This document shows, piece by piece, positions 20,984 to 30,478 of a DNA stretch of 64,000 bases. The notes beneath the pieces were generated by a model. The model saw only the letters and a list, made by a program, of their open reading frames with translations, searched no databases and was not told the DNA's origin. Origin of the DNA: Promethearchaeota archaeon (GTDB taxonomy: Archaea > Asgardarchaeota > Lokiarchaeia > Sigyniarchaeales > SOKP01); contig JAHPZI010000006.1 of the NCBI GenBank assembly GCA_019058295.1, forward strand, positions 32,001 to 96,000. The letters are read 5' to 3'. The position numbers and the translations under genes were made by a program. Positions within the stretch are counted from its first letter, which is position 1. Each line of letters begins with the position of its first letter.

Positions 20984-21246
20984 TTAATTCGCTTCCATTA
21001 ATATTTGAGATGCATTGGTATTTTAGAGTTTAAAAGTCATTGGAATTAAAATTTTATTTTTATTTCTCATAAAGAGAAGCCCATAATATATTCCTATTGT
21101 ATTTTAATATAAGTATAATAATTAGAAGTGTAATATATATATTTGCTTCTATATAATGCGCTCTATATCAGATATAAGAGATTTAATTGAACGATTTAAA
21201 TTCATGTTTATAATATCATTGAAAAAATTTTATTTAAAATTCGAAA

Positions 21247-21906
21247 TTACAATCTTTCTTCCTTTTTGACGTATCTTCCCCGTGTTTCAATAACATCAAT
21301 GTTTTTTATTATTTGATGATTTTCTTCTGTTGCTTCTTTACGATATTGTTGGTGATAACCTGTTAGAAATGCATTAAAACACATATTAAAATCTTTACCA
21401 TGGGTGGAAATCAGTATTCTTTTTAATAAATGGAGATCAACGCTCTTATCTTCAATTGAGTCCGAATATTCATGAAGTCCAAAATCAATAAAAAAGATTT
21501 TTTGATTTTTTGTGAGAATAATATTACTCGTCGTAATATCGCCGTGGATATGTCCGTTCATATGTAATATAGCAATATAACGACCAATTTCTTTAAAGAT
21601 TTCCTCTTTCCTCGAATTAGCTAACCTATCAAGAACATTCTTCAATTTTTCGCCCTCTATGTATTTCATTACTATTATTGAATTCTTAGTGTCAATTTCA
21701 TACACTTGAGGGACATTTAGTCCATAATTTTTAACCCTAATAAGGGCTCGAGCTTCGTTTAATGTACGAATATTTCTAATAGTTTTATCTAGTTCCTCAT
21801 TACGATATTTTTTAGGTATTCTGTATTTAAAAATAACTTTCTTGTCAAACCAATTTCCACAGTAAAGATTAGCTTCAGCACCTTTATGAATGATTTTTTC
21901 TTTCAT
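21247..21906 (-). CDS. bud32: KEOPS kinase Bud32
   Basis: KGAEA, K.RIPKKYR, HGDITTSN, IDFGL, EDKSVDLHLL, RGRY. Confidence 0.96.
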   Translation of the reverse strand: MKEKIIHKGAEANLYCGNWFDKKVIFKYRIPKKYRNEELDKTIRNIRTLNEARALIRVKNYGLNVPQVYEIDTKNSIIVMKYIEGEKLKNVLDRLANSRKEEIFKEIGRYIAILHMNGHIHGDITTSNIILTKNQKIFFIDFGLHEYSDSIEDKSVDLHLLKRILISTHGKDFNMCFNAFLTGYHQQYRKEATEENHQIIKNIDVIETRGRYVKKEERL

Positions 21907-21928
21907 AATATTCGAATCTATTGTAATC

Positions 21929-22942
21929 CTAATCCCTCCATGGCACAGTAATCTGATCCATTCTTTCTTTGGGTTTTATAAATGTATCTGAGATTTCTTG
22001 CCCTCCTTCCATCTTATATCGTAAAATACCAGTCCAACCAATCATAACCCCATTATCTCCAGCGTATTTAAGAGGTACTACTTCAAATCTTGCATTATGT
22101 TCTTTGCAAATATATTCAATCATTTTTTGTAATTTTTTATTTGCAGCAACTCCACCAGTTAGTAATACTTCTTTTTTTTCAGTATGGGCTAACGCTCTCT
22201 CTGTAACCTCCGTCAACATAGCGAAACATGTTTCTTGAACTGAATAGGCTACATCGCTTAAATTATAATTCTTACCATATTGCTCCGATTCTATTAATCT
22301 TTTAGCAGCAGTATATAGTCCAGAAAAAGATAAATCCATACCTTTCACTACATAGGGCAATTCTAAGTAATTATTTGATTTTTGAGCTAATTTTTCTATT
22401 TTCGGTCCACCTGGATGGGCTAATCCTGCATCTCTAGCAAATGAATCCAACATATTTCCTATTGACAAATCTAGGGTTTCTCCAAATATCTGATATCTAG
22501 CAGATTCAAAAGCGCTTACAATTGTATTCCCTCCAGATACATACAAAGTGAGGGGATCTTCAATATTGCACATTAAACGTCCAATTTCGATATGTGCGAT
22601 GCAATGATTTACTCCGATAATTGGAATTTTTAAAATTTGACTGAGCATACGTGCTATAATAGCACCTATTTTCAATACTTGTCCAAGACCAGGACTATCG
22701 CTAAATGCAATAAGACCAATATCTTTTATTGAACAATTTGCATTTGAAAGTGCGTTTTTTATAGTTATCATAAAGTTGTTTAAATGATGTTCTTTTACTA
22801 AGACGGGATGCAATCCTCCCTCTTTAGGGGTATAAATGTCGTTTACAAGGCTATAAACATTCCCTTCAAAATCTAAAACTCCAACACCAAAAGTATGCGC
22901 TGTGCTTTCTATGCCAAGACAGATTTTTTTTTTGGATTCCAT
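21929..22942 (-). CDS. kae1: tRNA t6A threonylcarbamoyltransferase Kae1
   Basis: LGIESTAHT, VNHCIAHIE, LYVSGGNT, GETLD, GGVAAN, DNGVMI. Confidence 0.98.
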   Translation of the reverse strand: MESKKKICLGIESTAHTFGVGVLDFEGNVYSLVNDIYTPKEGGLHPVLVKEHHLNNFMITIKNALSNANCSIKDIGLIAFSDSPGLGQVLKIGAIIARMLSQILKIPIIGVNHCIAHIEIGRLMCNIEDPLTLYVSGGNTIVSAFESARYQIFGETLDLSIGNMLDSFARDAGLAHPGGPKIEKLAQKSNNYLELPYVVKGMDLSFSGLYTAAKRLIESEQYGKNYNLSDVAYSVQETCFAMLTEVTERALAHTEKKEVLLTGGVAANKKLQKMIEYICKEHNARFEVVPLKYAGDNGVMIGWTGILRYKMEGGQEISDTFIKPKERMDQITVPWRD

Positions 22943-23073
22943 ATATTTTACCTAATTTATTTATGAACTTATTTTTTATTTGAAAAGAGACCTATTAATA
23001 ATTGAGATATAATTGTGCGTAAAAGAAAATTATAAAGAGAATTTTTATTATTTTATTAATATGGTTAAATATA

Positions 23074-23286
23074 TTATCTCGATTTAATACGTTTTCGAGG
23101 AGATCTTCTTTTGGACGTTTGAGTCTTTTTTCCTTTTCTTTTAAAAACTGTATAAGCACAACGTCCACAACTCCAACGATCATAATGGTCCGCTAGAAAA
23201 AATCCTACACCACATTTTGGACATTGCCTGTGGGTTCTAATTAATTTATCATCTTCAATTTTATAATATTTTGATGCATCAGTCAT
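23074..23286 (-). CDS. rps27ae: 30S ribosomal protein S27ae (basic C-terminal extension)
   Basis: [22 protein letters not shown] zinc ribbon; position after S24e. Confidence 0.96.
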   Translation of the reverse strand: MTDASKYYKIEDDKLIRTHRQCPKCGVGFFLADHYDRWSCGRCAYTVFKRKGKKTQTSKRRSPRKRIKSR

Positions 23287-23312
23287 TTAAAACTCGCATT
23301 ATTATTGTTTTA

Positions 23313-23669
23313 TTATTTATAATCAAATAGATGTTTATAATTTTCCTTCTTTTTCTTAAGTTTGTAAATATTTTCTCTTTTATCTTTTGGTAAATTTCGC
23401 ACTTGTATGTGAAAAGGTTCAAAGTATTGAAGTTCTTCCACATTATCATATATATATACTTTTGCAATGTCTTGGGTTGCCCCAAAATGAGTTTGAATAT
23501 TTTTTATGATAGTAAGTGTTTCGTTGGATGTTTTTAAAGCTGATATTTTCTTTTTTATTTCAAGTCTATTTGGAGTTCCTCCACTCATTCTATCTATTCT
23601 AACTTTTAATTCTATTCTATCAATTAATAGATTCTTTTTTTCTTCCAAAATTTCTACTTCGAACGACAT
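23313..23669 (-). CDS. rps24e: 30S ribosomal protein S24e
   Basis: EEKKNLLIDR.E, GTPNR, I.THFG...AKVYIY; canonical synteny. Confidence 0.92.
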   Translation of the reverse strand: MSFEVEILEEKKNLLIDRIELKVRIDRMSGGTPNRLEIKKKISALKTSNETLTIIKNIQTHFGATQDIAKVYIYDNVEELQYFEPFHIQVRNLPKDKRENIYKLKKKKENYKHLFDYK

Positions 23670-23752
23670 ACTTAAAATATAAAATTATGAATAAGAAATA
23701 AAATTTTGTATTTTATAATTAAAATAATAAAAAGAGAGAAAGCTATAAAAAT

Positions 23753-24337
23753 TTAAAATTTTTCCATTAGATTTATATATTTTTTGACTTTATTTTGAAT
23801 TTCTAAATTGACATCTACAAGTACAATTCCTTCAGGAATGATAGTCCTTGCATCCGTAATTGGAGGCTGCCCATAAAAAATAAAATTCTTAACATTCTCT
23901 TCCAATGGAAGTTCTAATACTATAGGTAAGACTAATAAATCCTCCTCTCCTTTTGTAATTTTAAGTAAAGTTTTTTTTTTAGATTCAATGATATTTTTTA
24001 ATAGAGACCAGCTTTCTTTTTGAATAGTTCCTTTAGGATTTTCAAGTTCTACAATTTCCTCAAAATTCTCAGTTTCGATATAAATCTTCTTTCTCTGAGT
24101 TTTCTCATCAATGATACAGAGTTTTATAAACGTTTTTAGAAATTGATTAGCTAAGAAATCTTTAGTTACAATATCTCCTACTATATACAAATTGATTGAT
24201 AAACCAGATTTAATATAATTTTTGATAATATCTTCTACTTTTAGAAGCGTTTCTTCCCTCTTGCCAGATATTAATTTATCTAAAGGTTGAGCAAATTCAT
24301 ATCTTTTATCTTGGGGAATTTTTAAATTATATTCCAT
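23753..24337 (-). CDS. GTP-dependent dephospho-CoA kinase (DUF359)
   Basis: VGDIVT, IIDEKTQR, NPKGTI, GEEDLLVLP, YGQP; canonical position between spt4 and S24e. Confidence 0.93.
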   Translation of the reverse strand: MEYNLKIPQDKRYEFAQPLDKLISGKREETLLKVEDIIKNYIKSGLSINLYIVGDIVTKDFLANQFLKTFIKLCIIDEKTQRKKIYIETENFEEIVELENPKGTIQKESWSLLKNIIESKKKTLLKITKGEEDLLVLPIVLELPLEENVKNFIFYGQPPITDARTIIPEGIVLVDVNLEIQNKVKKYINLMEKF

Positions 24338-24396
24338 CCACATCAATGTAATATTAAATATGAATTCTAATTTATAGACTAAAATCTTAGAAAATT

Positions 24397-24594
24397 TTAA
24401 CGAACTCGTAGCGCATATTTGCCCGGCATTCCAACTTTAAGGTATTCAGCGATTTTTGATTCACCCGGTTTAAGAATAATAACCTCTCCCGTAAAATCGT
24501 CACTTAAAGTGTGAGTTTTGCATTTTGGGCAAACTTGCTCGCTTTTAGTTATAATATGGCACGTTTTACAAGCTTTTTCTTTAATAATAACCAC
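24397..24594 (-). CDS. spt4: Transcription elongation factor Spt4 (RpoE2); start GTG 24594 or ATT 24585
   Basis: KACKTCH...CPKC...G.VII..P.ES.IA..L....PGKYALRVR. Confidence 0.95.
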   Translation of the reverse strand: MVIIKEKACKTCHIITKSEQVCPKCKTHTLSDDFTGEVIILKPGESKIAEYLKVGMPGKYALRVR

Positions 24595-24598
24595 CCAT

Positions 24599-25162
24599 TT
24601 AGCTTGCCTTTTCAGCAAGTTCTTCTTCGATATCAGCTTGAATCCAATCTTCCTTCCCTAAGAATCTTTGTCGCATAGTTAATCCCAGTTTACCCGAGCG
24701 CCCCATACCGAGAGAGACCGCTATAATTCTTGCTCTCACTGAGTCTTTTACTTCAAGGATTTTTCCTGTTTCCTTTCCTATAAATCTATTTCCTACTTGT
24801 TCGTATGATATGTAGTCATCACATATTTGTGACACATGTACAAGACCATCAAGGGGCCCTAGGCGAATAAAGGCTCCAAAATCAACAATTTCAACGATAT
24901 CTCCCTCAATGATTTCTTGTAATGATGGTTTGAAAGAAAGAATTGTAAATTCGACCTCATGGAAGGTATTTGGCTGACCTGGGATTATTATACCAGGGCC
25001 AACATTGAGTACATCAACGATAGCAATAATAAAACCGTATTCTCTGGTAATAATTCCTTCATAATCTTCACTAAGAATAATTCTTGCCGATACAACTTTT
25101 TCCTGGCTAAATAAGAAGGGAGGAATTTCTATCTTTCCCGCGATTGTGTAAAGCTTGAATAT
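24599..25162 (-). CDS. rpo7: RNA polymerase subunit Rpo7 (E'), full length 187 aa with apparent ATA start
   Basis: Frame of the 78-aa track ORF extends upstream: (M)FKLYTIAGKIEIPPFLF...YEGIITREYG...FKPSLQEIIEGDIVEIVDFGAFIRLGPLDGLVHVSQICDD; bounded by in-frame TGA; GAGGTTGA SD 6 nt before ATA. Confidence 0.95.
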   Translation of the reverse strand: MFKLYTIAGKIEIPPFLFSQEKVVSARIILSEDYEGIITREYGFIIAIVDVLNVGPGIIIPGQPNTFHEVEFTILSFKPSLQEIIEGDIVEIVDFGAFIRLGPLDGLVHVSQICDDYISYEQVGNRFIGKETGKILEVKDSVRARIIAVSLGMGRSGKLGLTMRQRFLGKEDWIQADIEEELAEKAS

Positions 25163-25343
25163 AATTAATCAACCTCTTAATCTGAGCGCTCTCCTCAGAG
25201 CATATTGGTATAGATTCTAAAATTTAATACAAACACTTAAAATTAATAGTCCTTTAAACTGATTTATTTATATAAATTCTTAAACATATGATAGAATTAA
25301 TATTTTGTGATTTTTCTTGATTAAAAACATTTAGAAGTAGAAA

Positions 25344-25715
25344 TTAAATTATCTTCGCAATCTTATCACATGTACGTTTACAATCGAGAAATATTAAACC
25401 AAGCCTAACATCTTTCGTAGTAGATACAGTTAGCACTGCGTTTTGCCCCGCTGCTAGCACAAGCAAATATCCATCAGTTCCTTTAACATAAACTTGTTCA
25501 AAATCACCTTTACGCATTTCTTGTATCGCCCGCTCAGCTAATGATAAAAGTGCTGCTGTCATAGCCGCTATCCTCGTCTCATCGATCCCTTGAGGCAATG
25601 CTGAGGCAATGGGCAAGCCTTCGACTGAGACTATCGCTGCAGCCTTTACTTCTGGGATTGCCGATAAGAGTCTTTTTAAGATAATGTCAAGGGTTTCAGG
25701 TACTTGTTCGTCCAT
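25344..25715 (-). CDS. Roadblock/LC7 (MglB-like) protein
   Basis: AAAIVSVEGLPIASALP..DETRIAAMTAALLSLAERA..LGLIFLD. Confidence 0.95.
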   Translation of the reverse strand: MDEQVPETLDIILKRLLSAIPEVKAAAIVSVEGLPIASALPQGIDETRIAAMTAALLSLAERAIQEMRKGDFEQVYVKGTDGYLLVLAAGQNAVLTVSTTKDVRLGLIFLDCKRTCDKIAKII

Positions 25716-25981
25716 AGAATGATTTTCTCCAAAATTATAATCTTAATTTAAATTAGATTTTAATAAAGTTATAACTTTACTTATAATTAACTTAGTTTAA
25801 TAGTATTTATTTTTTTTTATTTCATACTTTATTTAATTTAATAATTTTTAAAAATAAAATCTAATTCTCAACAAGAAAACATTCATTTGGTCTCTAAATA
25901 AAAAGAAAATAAATAATATATCTTCCTAAGATTAATTCAGAGTAGTTCGGTTTTTATCTAAAGCATTTTACCAAAGAAGAG

Positions 25982-26782
25982 TTAAGGTTTGGTATTCTTT
26001 TCTTCTTTATATTCTTTTTTCAGCTTCACACGACCGTGTCTCCATATAGAAATCGCTTCAATTGGGTATTTAATTTTATTTTTACGCAGAATAAAGGTAA
26101 AAAGACCAATTAAAAAGAGGGCAATAATCAAGCTAATAATGATCCTTATAAAATTAATTTTGAGGATTATGGTGTAGAGATAAATAGAAATAATCGCAAG
26201 AAGTCCGTTAGTGATTAATATAATATGAATAAGGTCTGTTATTTTATTGGTCTTAAGTTTACGTGATTTATAAATACCTTCAATCCCAAACTGAAGATTT
26301 AGAAAAATGGTAAAGAAGGCTAATATCATTAAAATTTCCGAAATTTGAGAAATAAGACTTGGAATATGGAAATAAATAGAAAAGGGAAAAAATGGAGCAA
26401 TGTAAGCAAAATAACGCTCTTTATAAATAGTGAAATGATTTAAAAATAAGTTAACTAAAGAGCAATCTATTGCAAAGGCACATATTGGTGCAGTTTTTGC
26501 TGGATTTGTATCAAGGACATGAAGTATAAAAATAAAGGAATACAAGGAAAAAGTAGCTATACCAAGATTAAAAACTATAAATATTGCAAAAGATATTGAA
26601 AAAATTACTTCATCAACAGATGGCACAGGTGTTCTGATATTTCTATTAGAATCAAAAAGATTTAGGGGTATTATAGCTTCAAATAACCATATAAATTCAA
26701 TAAAAACAGTGATAATAGTCAACATAAAAAAAAATAGAATCTGAAAACCATACACAATCCAATTTTTTGTTTTAGGATTCAT
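25982..26782 (-). CDS. Hypothetical multi-pass membrane protein
   Basis: ~6 hydrophobic segments, basic C-terminus; no recognisable family. Confidence 0.7.
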   Translation of the reverse strand: MNPKTKNWIVYGFQILFFFMLTIITVFIEFIWLFEAIIPLNLFDSNRNIRTPVPSVDEVIFSISFAIFIVFNLGIATFSLYSFIFILHVLDTNPAKTAPICAFAIDCSLVNLFLNHFTIYKERYFAYIAPFFPFSIYFHIPSLISQISEILMILAFFTIFLNLQFGIEGIYKSRKLKTNKITDLIHIILITNGLLAIISIYLYTIILKINFIRIIISLIIALFLIGLFTFILRKNKIKYPIEAISIWRHGRVKLKKEYKEEKNTKP

Positions 26783-26872
26783 TTTATCAATATGAATTAA
26801 TTAAAATCGTGATTTTCTCTTATTTCCTCAATTTTATTAAAGAGATTGGCTATTTTTTTTTAAATTTTAATT

Positions 26873-28156
26873 TTAAATCCATTTTATTAATGAATGGCAG
26901 CCAATACCTTCACTTTCTGTAACTCTTCCTAAAATCCTAAATGTGCTTCCTTCTCTTCCTGTTTCTTTACACTTATTTCGGGAGACCAATTCTACGTGAT
27001 CATCTACAATCACCGCATGCTTTACGGAAGCGCTACTTCCAAAAGGCGTTAAAACTTCTAAAAAACCTCTATCACCCTCTTTTTTCAGAGGTTCTAGACT
27101 GTCAACATCTCTTAATATTATTCTAGAGTATTGTGGACAATGAAATATAAAATCTTCATATTTATCGGACCAATGGCTACCAAAAACAATGGGACATTCT
27201 GTAATCCCATATATATCAATCACACTTTTACTCTCAATTCCAAATAATTTAACTATATTAGATACATATTGCGATTTATTAATAGGATCATATTTCAATT
27301 GTGCTTTATGACCATCCCAGCCACCACCACCCGTTACAACATCAAGCCCGTCTCCAAAATTATAACTTATGTCTTTTTCTCTTAAATATTCCATGAATTT
27401 AGATATTAAATAATTACTACCCCCTATTCCAATGTTGTATCTTTTATCTTCTGGCTTTTGTAAAAGTTTATTTATAGTTTTTATAAGATAACTTTGTTTA
27501 ATATAAAATCCCCCTACAATACTTCGGGTCTTTATTATCGCCTCTAGTGCTTTTAAAATTGAGAAACTAAAGAGATATTTAACTTTAGTCATTTCTTCAT
27601 TAACTTTATAATAATTACCACTATATGCACGTACGGGTCTTTCTTTGGTAAATCTTATACAAAATCGATCCAACATTTTTGCACTAGGGGAAAAAAGAAA
27701 TACTTTTGCATTATCCCAATCTCTAGGAATAAAATCTAAAAAGCATTTTCTTGACATTTCATATAGAAAATTCATGTCATTTTTATTAACTCCGACGAGA
27801 GATGGATCGCCACTAGTAGTAGATGAACAGTTCCAATGCTGGAGGTTATCTTCAGGAATTTTTAATAATTTTTTATACATGCCCGCACTTTGTTTATAAA
27901 AAGTTGTCGAAATATATGGAATTGATTCTAAATCATCTATACTATTTAAATCATCTACCTTAAAACCTGCATGCTCAATCATATCTCTGTAGAATTCATT
28001 CTTATCGATATTTTCGGTAATTATTTCTCTCATTAATCTGATAAACTCCATATCTTTATAATCTTTTTTAAGAGTATTTTGAATTACAGATGGAGTTATA
28101 CTTTCTGACAATGATATTCCCTCTTCGATTAATTCTTCTCTTTTATTATTCATCAA
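26873..28156 (-). CDS. luxE: Acyl-protein synthetase, LuxE family
   Basis: SSTTSGDPS, TGGGGW, DIYGITE, RD..SLEP..G..G.L, F.ILGR..EGIGC C-terminal Cys. Confidence 0.8.
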   Translation of the reverse strand: MMNNKREELIEEGISLSESITPSVIQNTLKKDYKDMEFIRLMREIITENIDKNEFYRDMIEHAGFKVDDLNSIDDLESIPYISTTFYKQSAGMYKKLLKIPEDNLQHWNCSSTTSGDPSLVGVNKNDMNFLYEMSRKCFLDFIPRDWDNAKVFLFSPSAKMLDRFCIRFTKERPVRAYSGNYYKVNEEMTKVKYLFSFSILKALEAIIKTRSIVGGFYIKQSYLIKTINKLLQKPEDKRYNIGIGGSNYLISKFMEYLREKDISYNFGDGLDVVTGGGGWDGHKAQLKYDPINKSQYVSNIVKLFGIESKSVIDIYGITECPIVFGSHWSDKYEDFIFHCPQYSRIILRDVDSLEPLKKEGDRGFLEVLTPFGSSASVKHAVIVDDHVELVSRNKCKETGREGSTFRILGRVTESEGIGCHSLIKWI

Positions 28157-28452
28157 TTTTCTTAAACTTATATTAAAACGGGTAAATAAATAATTTAATA
28201 TAATAAATTATAAAGTTATTTTCATTAATCTATTTTTTCTTTTTCTAAATATTTAGAAAAATATAAAAATCCCCTTAAATACCAAGATATTTCAACTGGA
28301 ATTTGAGGAGTCTTTATTTTATAATTAGAATAAATTGTCTCAACATTTATTTCAAATTTTATTATTAATATTTGAATTAGGGTTATTTTTTTGAAAAAAT
28401 TTAATATAAATCAAAATTTATTGAATGGAAAGGATATAATACTATATTTGGT

Positions 28453-29607
28453 TTGTTAATCATTACAATTACAAATTTGGACTTATTAGCTAGTATATAC
28501 AATACAATTTTTTCACTATTTTTATTTCTTCTAGCTTGTATTATGTTTTATATAGCTAAAGAAGGTTATAAGGCAAATAATCGCTATGGAGGGAGTTCAA
28601 CATTAGTGTGTGGAATATTATTTTTAGTTTTTGGATTTTATAATTTATTTGTCGGATTTTTCCCTTTTCCTTTTATGGGATTCATGCTTTGGTGGATCGG
28701 GATGATATTTATCGTTTATATTGGGTTTGCTTTAATAATTAAGAATGTAGTGAAAAAATTGGATAAAGAAAAACCAAATTCTGAGAATTCAAAGAATTCG
28801 ATATTAAAAAAATATGTTATTCTAATGACTAAAGAAAATCCATATAAAAAAGAAATTTCTTTTAAAATGGAAATAGTAAGAAAAAGTTTCCATCTGTTTG
28901 GAATTTTATTTATTTTAGCATATTTTGGATTTTTCTTTCTTTTTCCTATAAGTCGAATAATAAATGATACACTTATTATCTTCTTTAAAGAATATGAATG
29001 GTTTTATGGTCTTTTATGGGGTAGCGTTCAAAATTACCCTTATTCTAAAGGGGATTTTCAAGCTGTTGTGGATCTTACATTGTTTGGTCTAATAGGAGCT
29101 TTGGTATTTGCTATAATTTCTGAATTCATTAGAATTTTTTGGGGTCCCGAATACTCAATTTTCAATTTTTTAACAAAAGCTATTCTCAGAGATAAGGAGT
29201 ACAACGCTTTCGGTGCACACATATATTTAATAACGGGTATTATCTTTTCTTATATGCTATATTTTATAGGAATCGTTAATATATTAACTGTGACAGTTGC
29301 GGTGCTTATATCATGCTTTTCAGATGCTCTTGCTGCCTTAATCGGGCGAAAATATGGCAATCATAAAGTTAAATGTATCGGCGGTGATATAAAATCTATT
29401 GAGGGATTTATAGCAGGAACCGGAATCGCATTTTTAATTGCTTTGATTGTCCTTGGTCCAATCTACGCATTAATAGCTGCTATAATTTTTTTCATATTGG
29501 ATTTCTTTCCAACGATTATTGCAGATAATCTTCTAAATCCAATATTAATTACAATAGGCATTTCAATAAGTATAATGTTATTAGGATTACCAATTGGATG
29601 GTTTTAA
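28453..29607 (+). CDS. Polyprenol (dolichol/phytol) kinase family CTP-dependent membrane kinase with extra N-terminal TM region
   Basis: E..RKSFH, SDALAALIGRKYG, KSIEGFIAG, DNLLNP motifs. Confidence 0.88.
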   Translation: MLIITITNLDLLASIYNTIFSLFLFLLACIMFYIAKEGYKANNRYGGSSTLVCGILFLVFGFYNLFVGFFPFPFMGFMLWWIGMIFIVYIGFALIIKNVVKKLDKEKPNSENSKNSILKKYVILMTKENPYKKEISFKMEIVRKSFHLFGILFILAYFGFFFLFPISRIINDTLIIFFKEYEWFYGLLWGSVQNYPYSKGDFQAVVDLTLFGLIGALVFAIISEFIRIFWGPEYSIFNFLTKAILRDKEYNAFGAHIYLITGIIFSYMLYFIGIVNILTVTVAVLISCFSDALAALIGRKYGNHKVKCIGGDIKSIEGFIAGTGIAFLIALIVLGPIYALIAAIIFFILDFFPTIIADNLLNPILITIGISISIMLLGLPIGWF

Positions 29608-29635
29608 ATATAATATTAATGTTGGTCACATAATA

Positions 29636-30478
29636 ATGAGAGAATTAATTGACGAATTAAAAGATATTAAGTTAGCGATTTTTGACTTGGATGGTGTAGT
29701 TTACAGAGGAAATACCTTAATCCCGAACGCTGATAAAGTTATTCAAAATTTAAAAGATCTATCTATTAAAGTAGTATATAATTCTAATAACTCAACAAAT
29801 ACCAGACTTAAATATGTTGAGAGATTAAAAGGCTTTAACATTCCAAGTGAGATTTCAGACTTTTATACAAGCGCTTCAATCACTTCAACTGAAATAACAA
29901 AAATAAAAAAAAATGCAAACATTTTTATAATTGGAGAGAGTGGCTTGCGAGAGGAATTAAAATCATTAGGGCATAAAATTATAAAAGATCCACCTAAGTA
30001 TGACGATATAGATTTTGTAATAGTAGGGCTTGATAGAAATTTTAATTATCAAAATTTATCTATTGCTCAAAAATGTATTTTGGAGGGAAACGCACAATTT
30101 TATGCAACTAATGCAGATTCGACTTTACCAGTTGCTCGAGGCTTAAAACCAGGGGCTGGTGTTATGGTCAATGCTGTAGAGATTTGTACAGGGAGAAAAC
30201 CAGTTAAAATTTTTGGAAAACCAGAACCTTACGGAATAAACCTTGCTTTAAAAGATTTGAATATCCCTCCTAACCAAGCTTGCATTATTGGAGATAGACT
30301 TAATACAGATATACTAGCAGGAAACCGCGCAGGAATAATAACTATTACTGTTTTAACAGGGATTACTTCAAATGTAGAAATTGAAGAAATGATAAAAAAG
30401 TCAAAAGAGAATCAAATTGAGGATCAAAATCTCCTGCCTAATATTGTGTTAAATACTTTAGAAGAGATTTTCATTTAA
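29636..30478 (+). CDS. HAD-IIA (NagD-like) phosphatase
   Basis: FDLDGVVY, SNNST, ATNAD, GKPEP, IGDRLNTDI. Confidence 0.95.
   Translation: MRELIDELKDIKLAIFDLDGVVYRGNTLIPNADKVIQNLKDLSIKVVYNSNNSTNTRLKYVERLKGFNIPSEISDFYTSASITSTEITKIKKNANIFIIGESGLREELKSLGHKIIKDPPKYDDIDFVIVGLDRNFNYQNLSIAQKCILEGNAQFYATNADSTLPVARGLKPGAGVMVNAVEICTGRKPVKIFGKPEPYGINLALKDLNIPPNQACIIGDRLNTDILAGNRAGIITITVLTGITSNVEIEEMIKKSKENQIEDQNLLPNIVLNTLEEIFI

Noticed and set aside
20984-21070. Short upstream ORFs in frame with the RHH gene
   Set aside because: Interrupted by TAA stops; expected by chance in AT-rich DNA.
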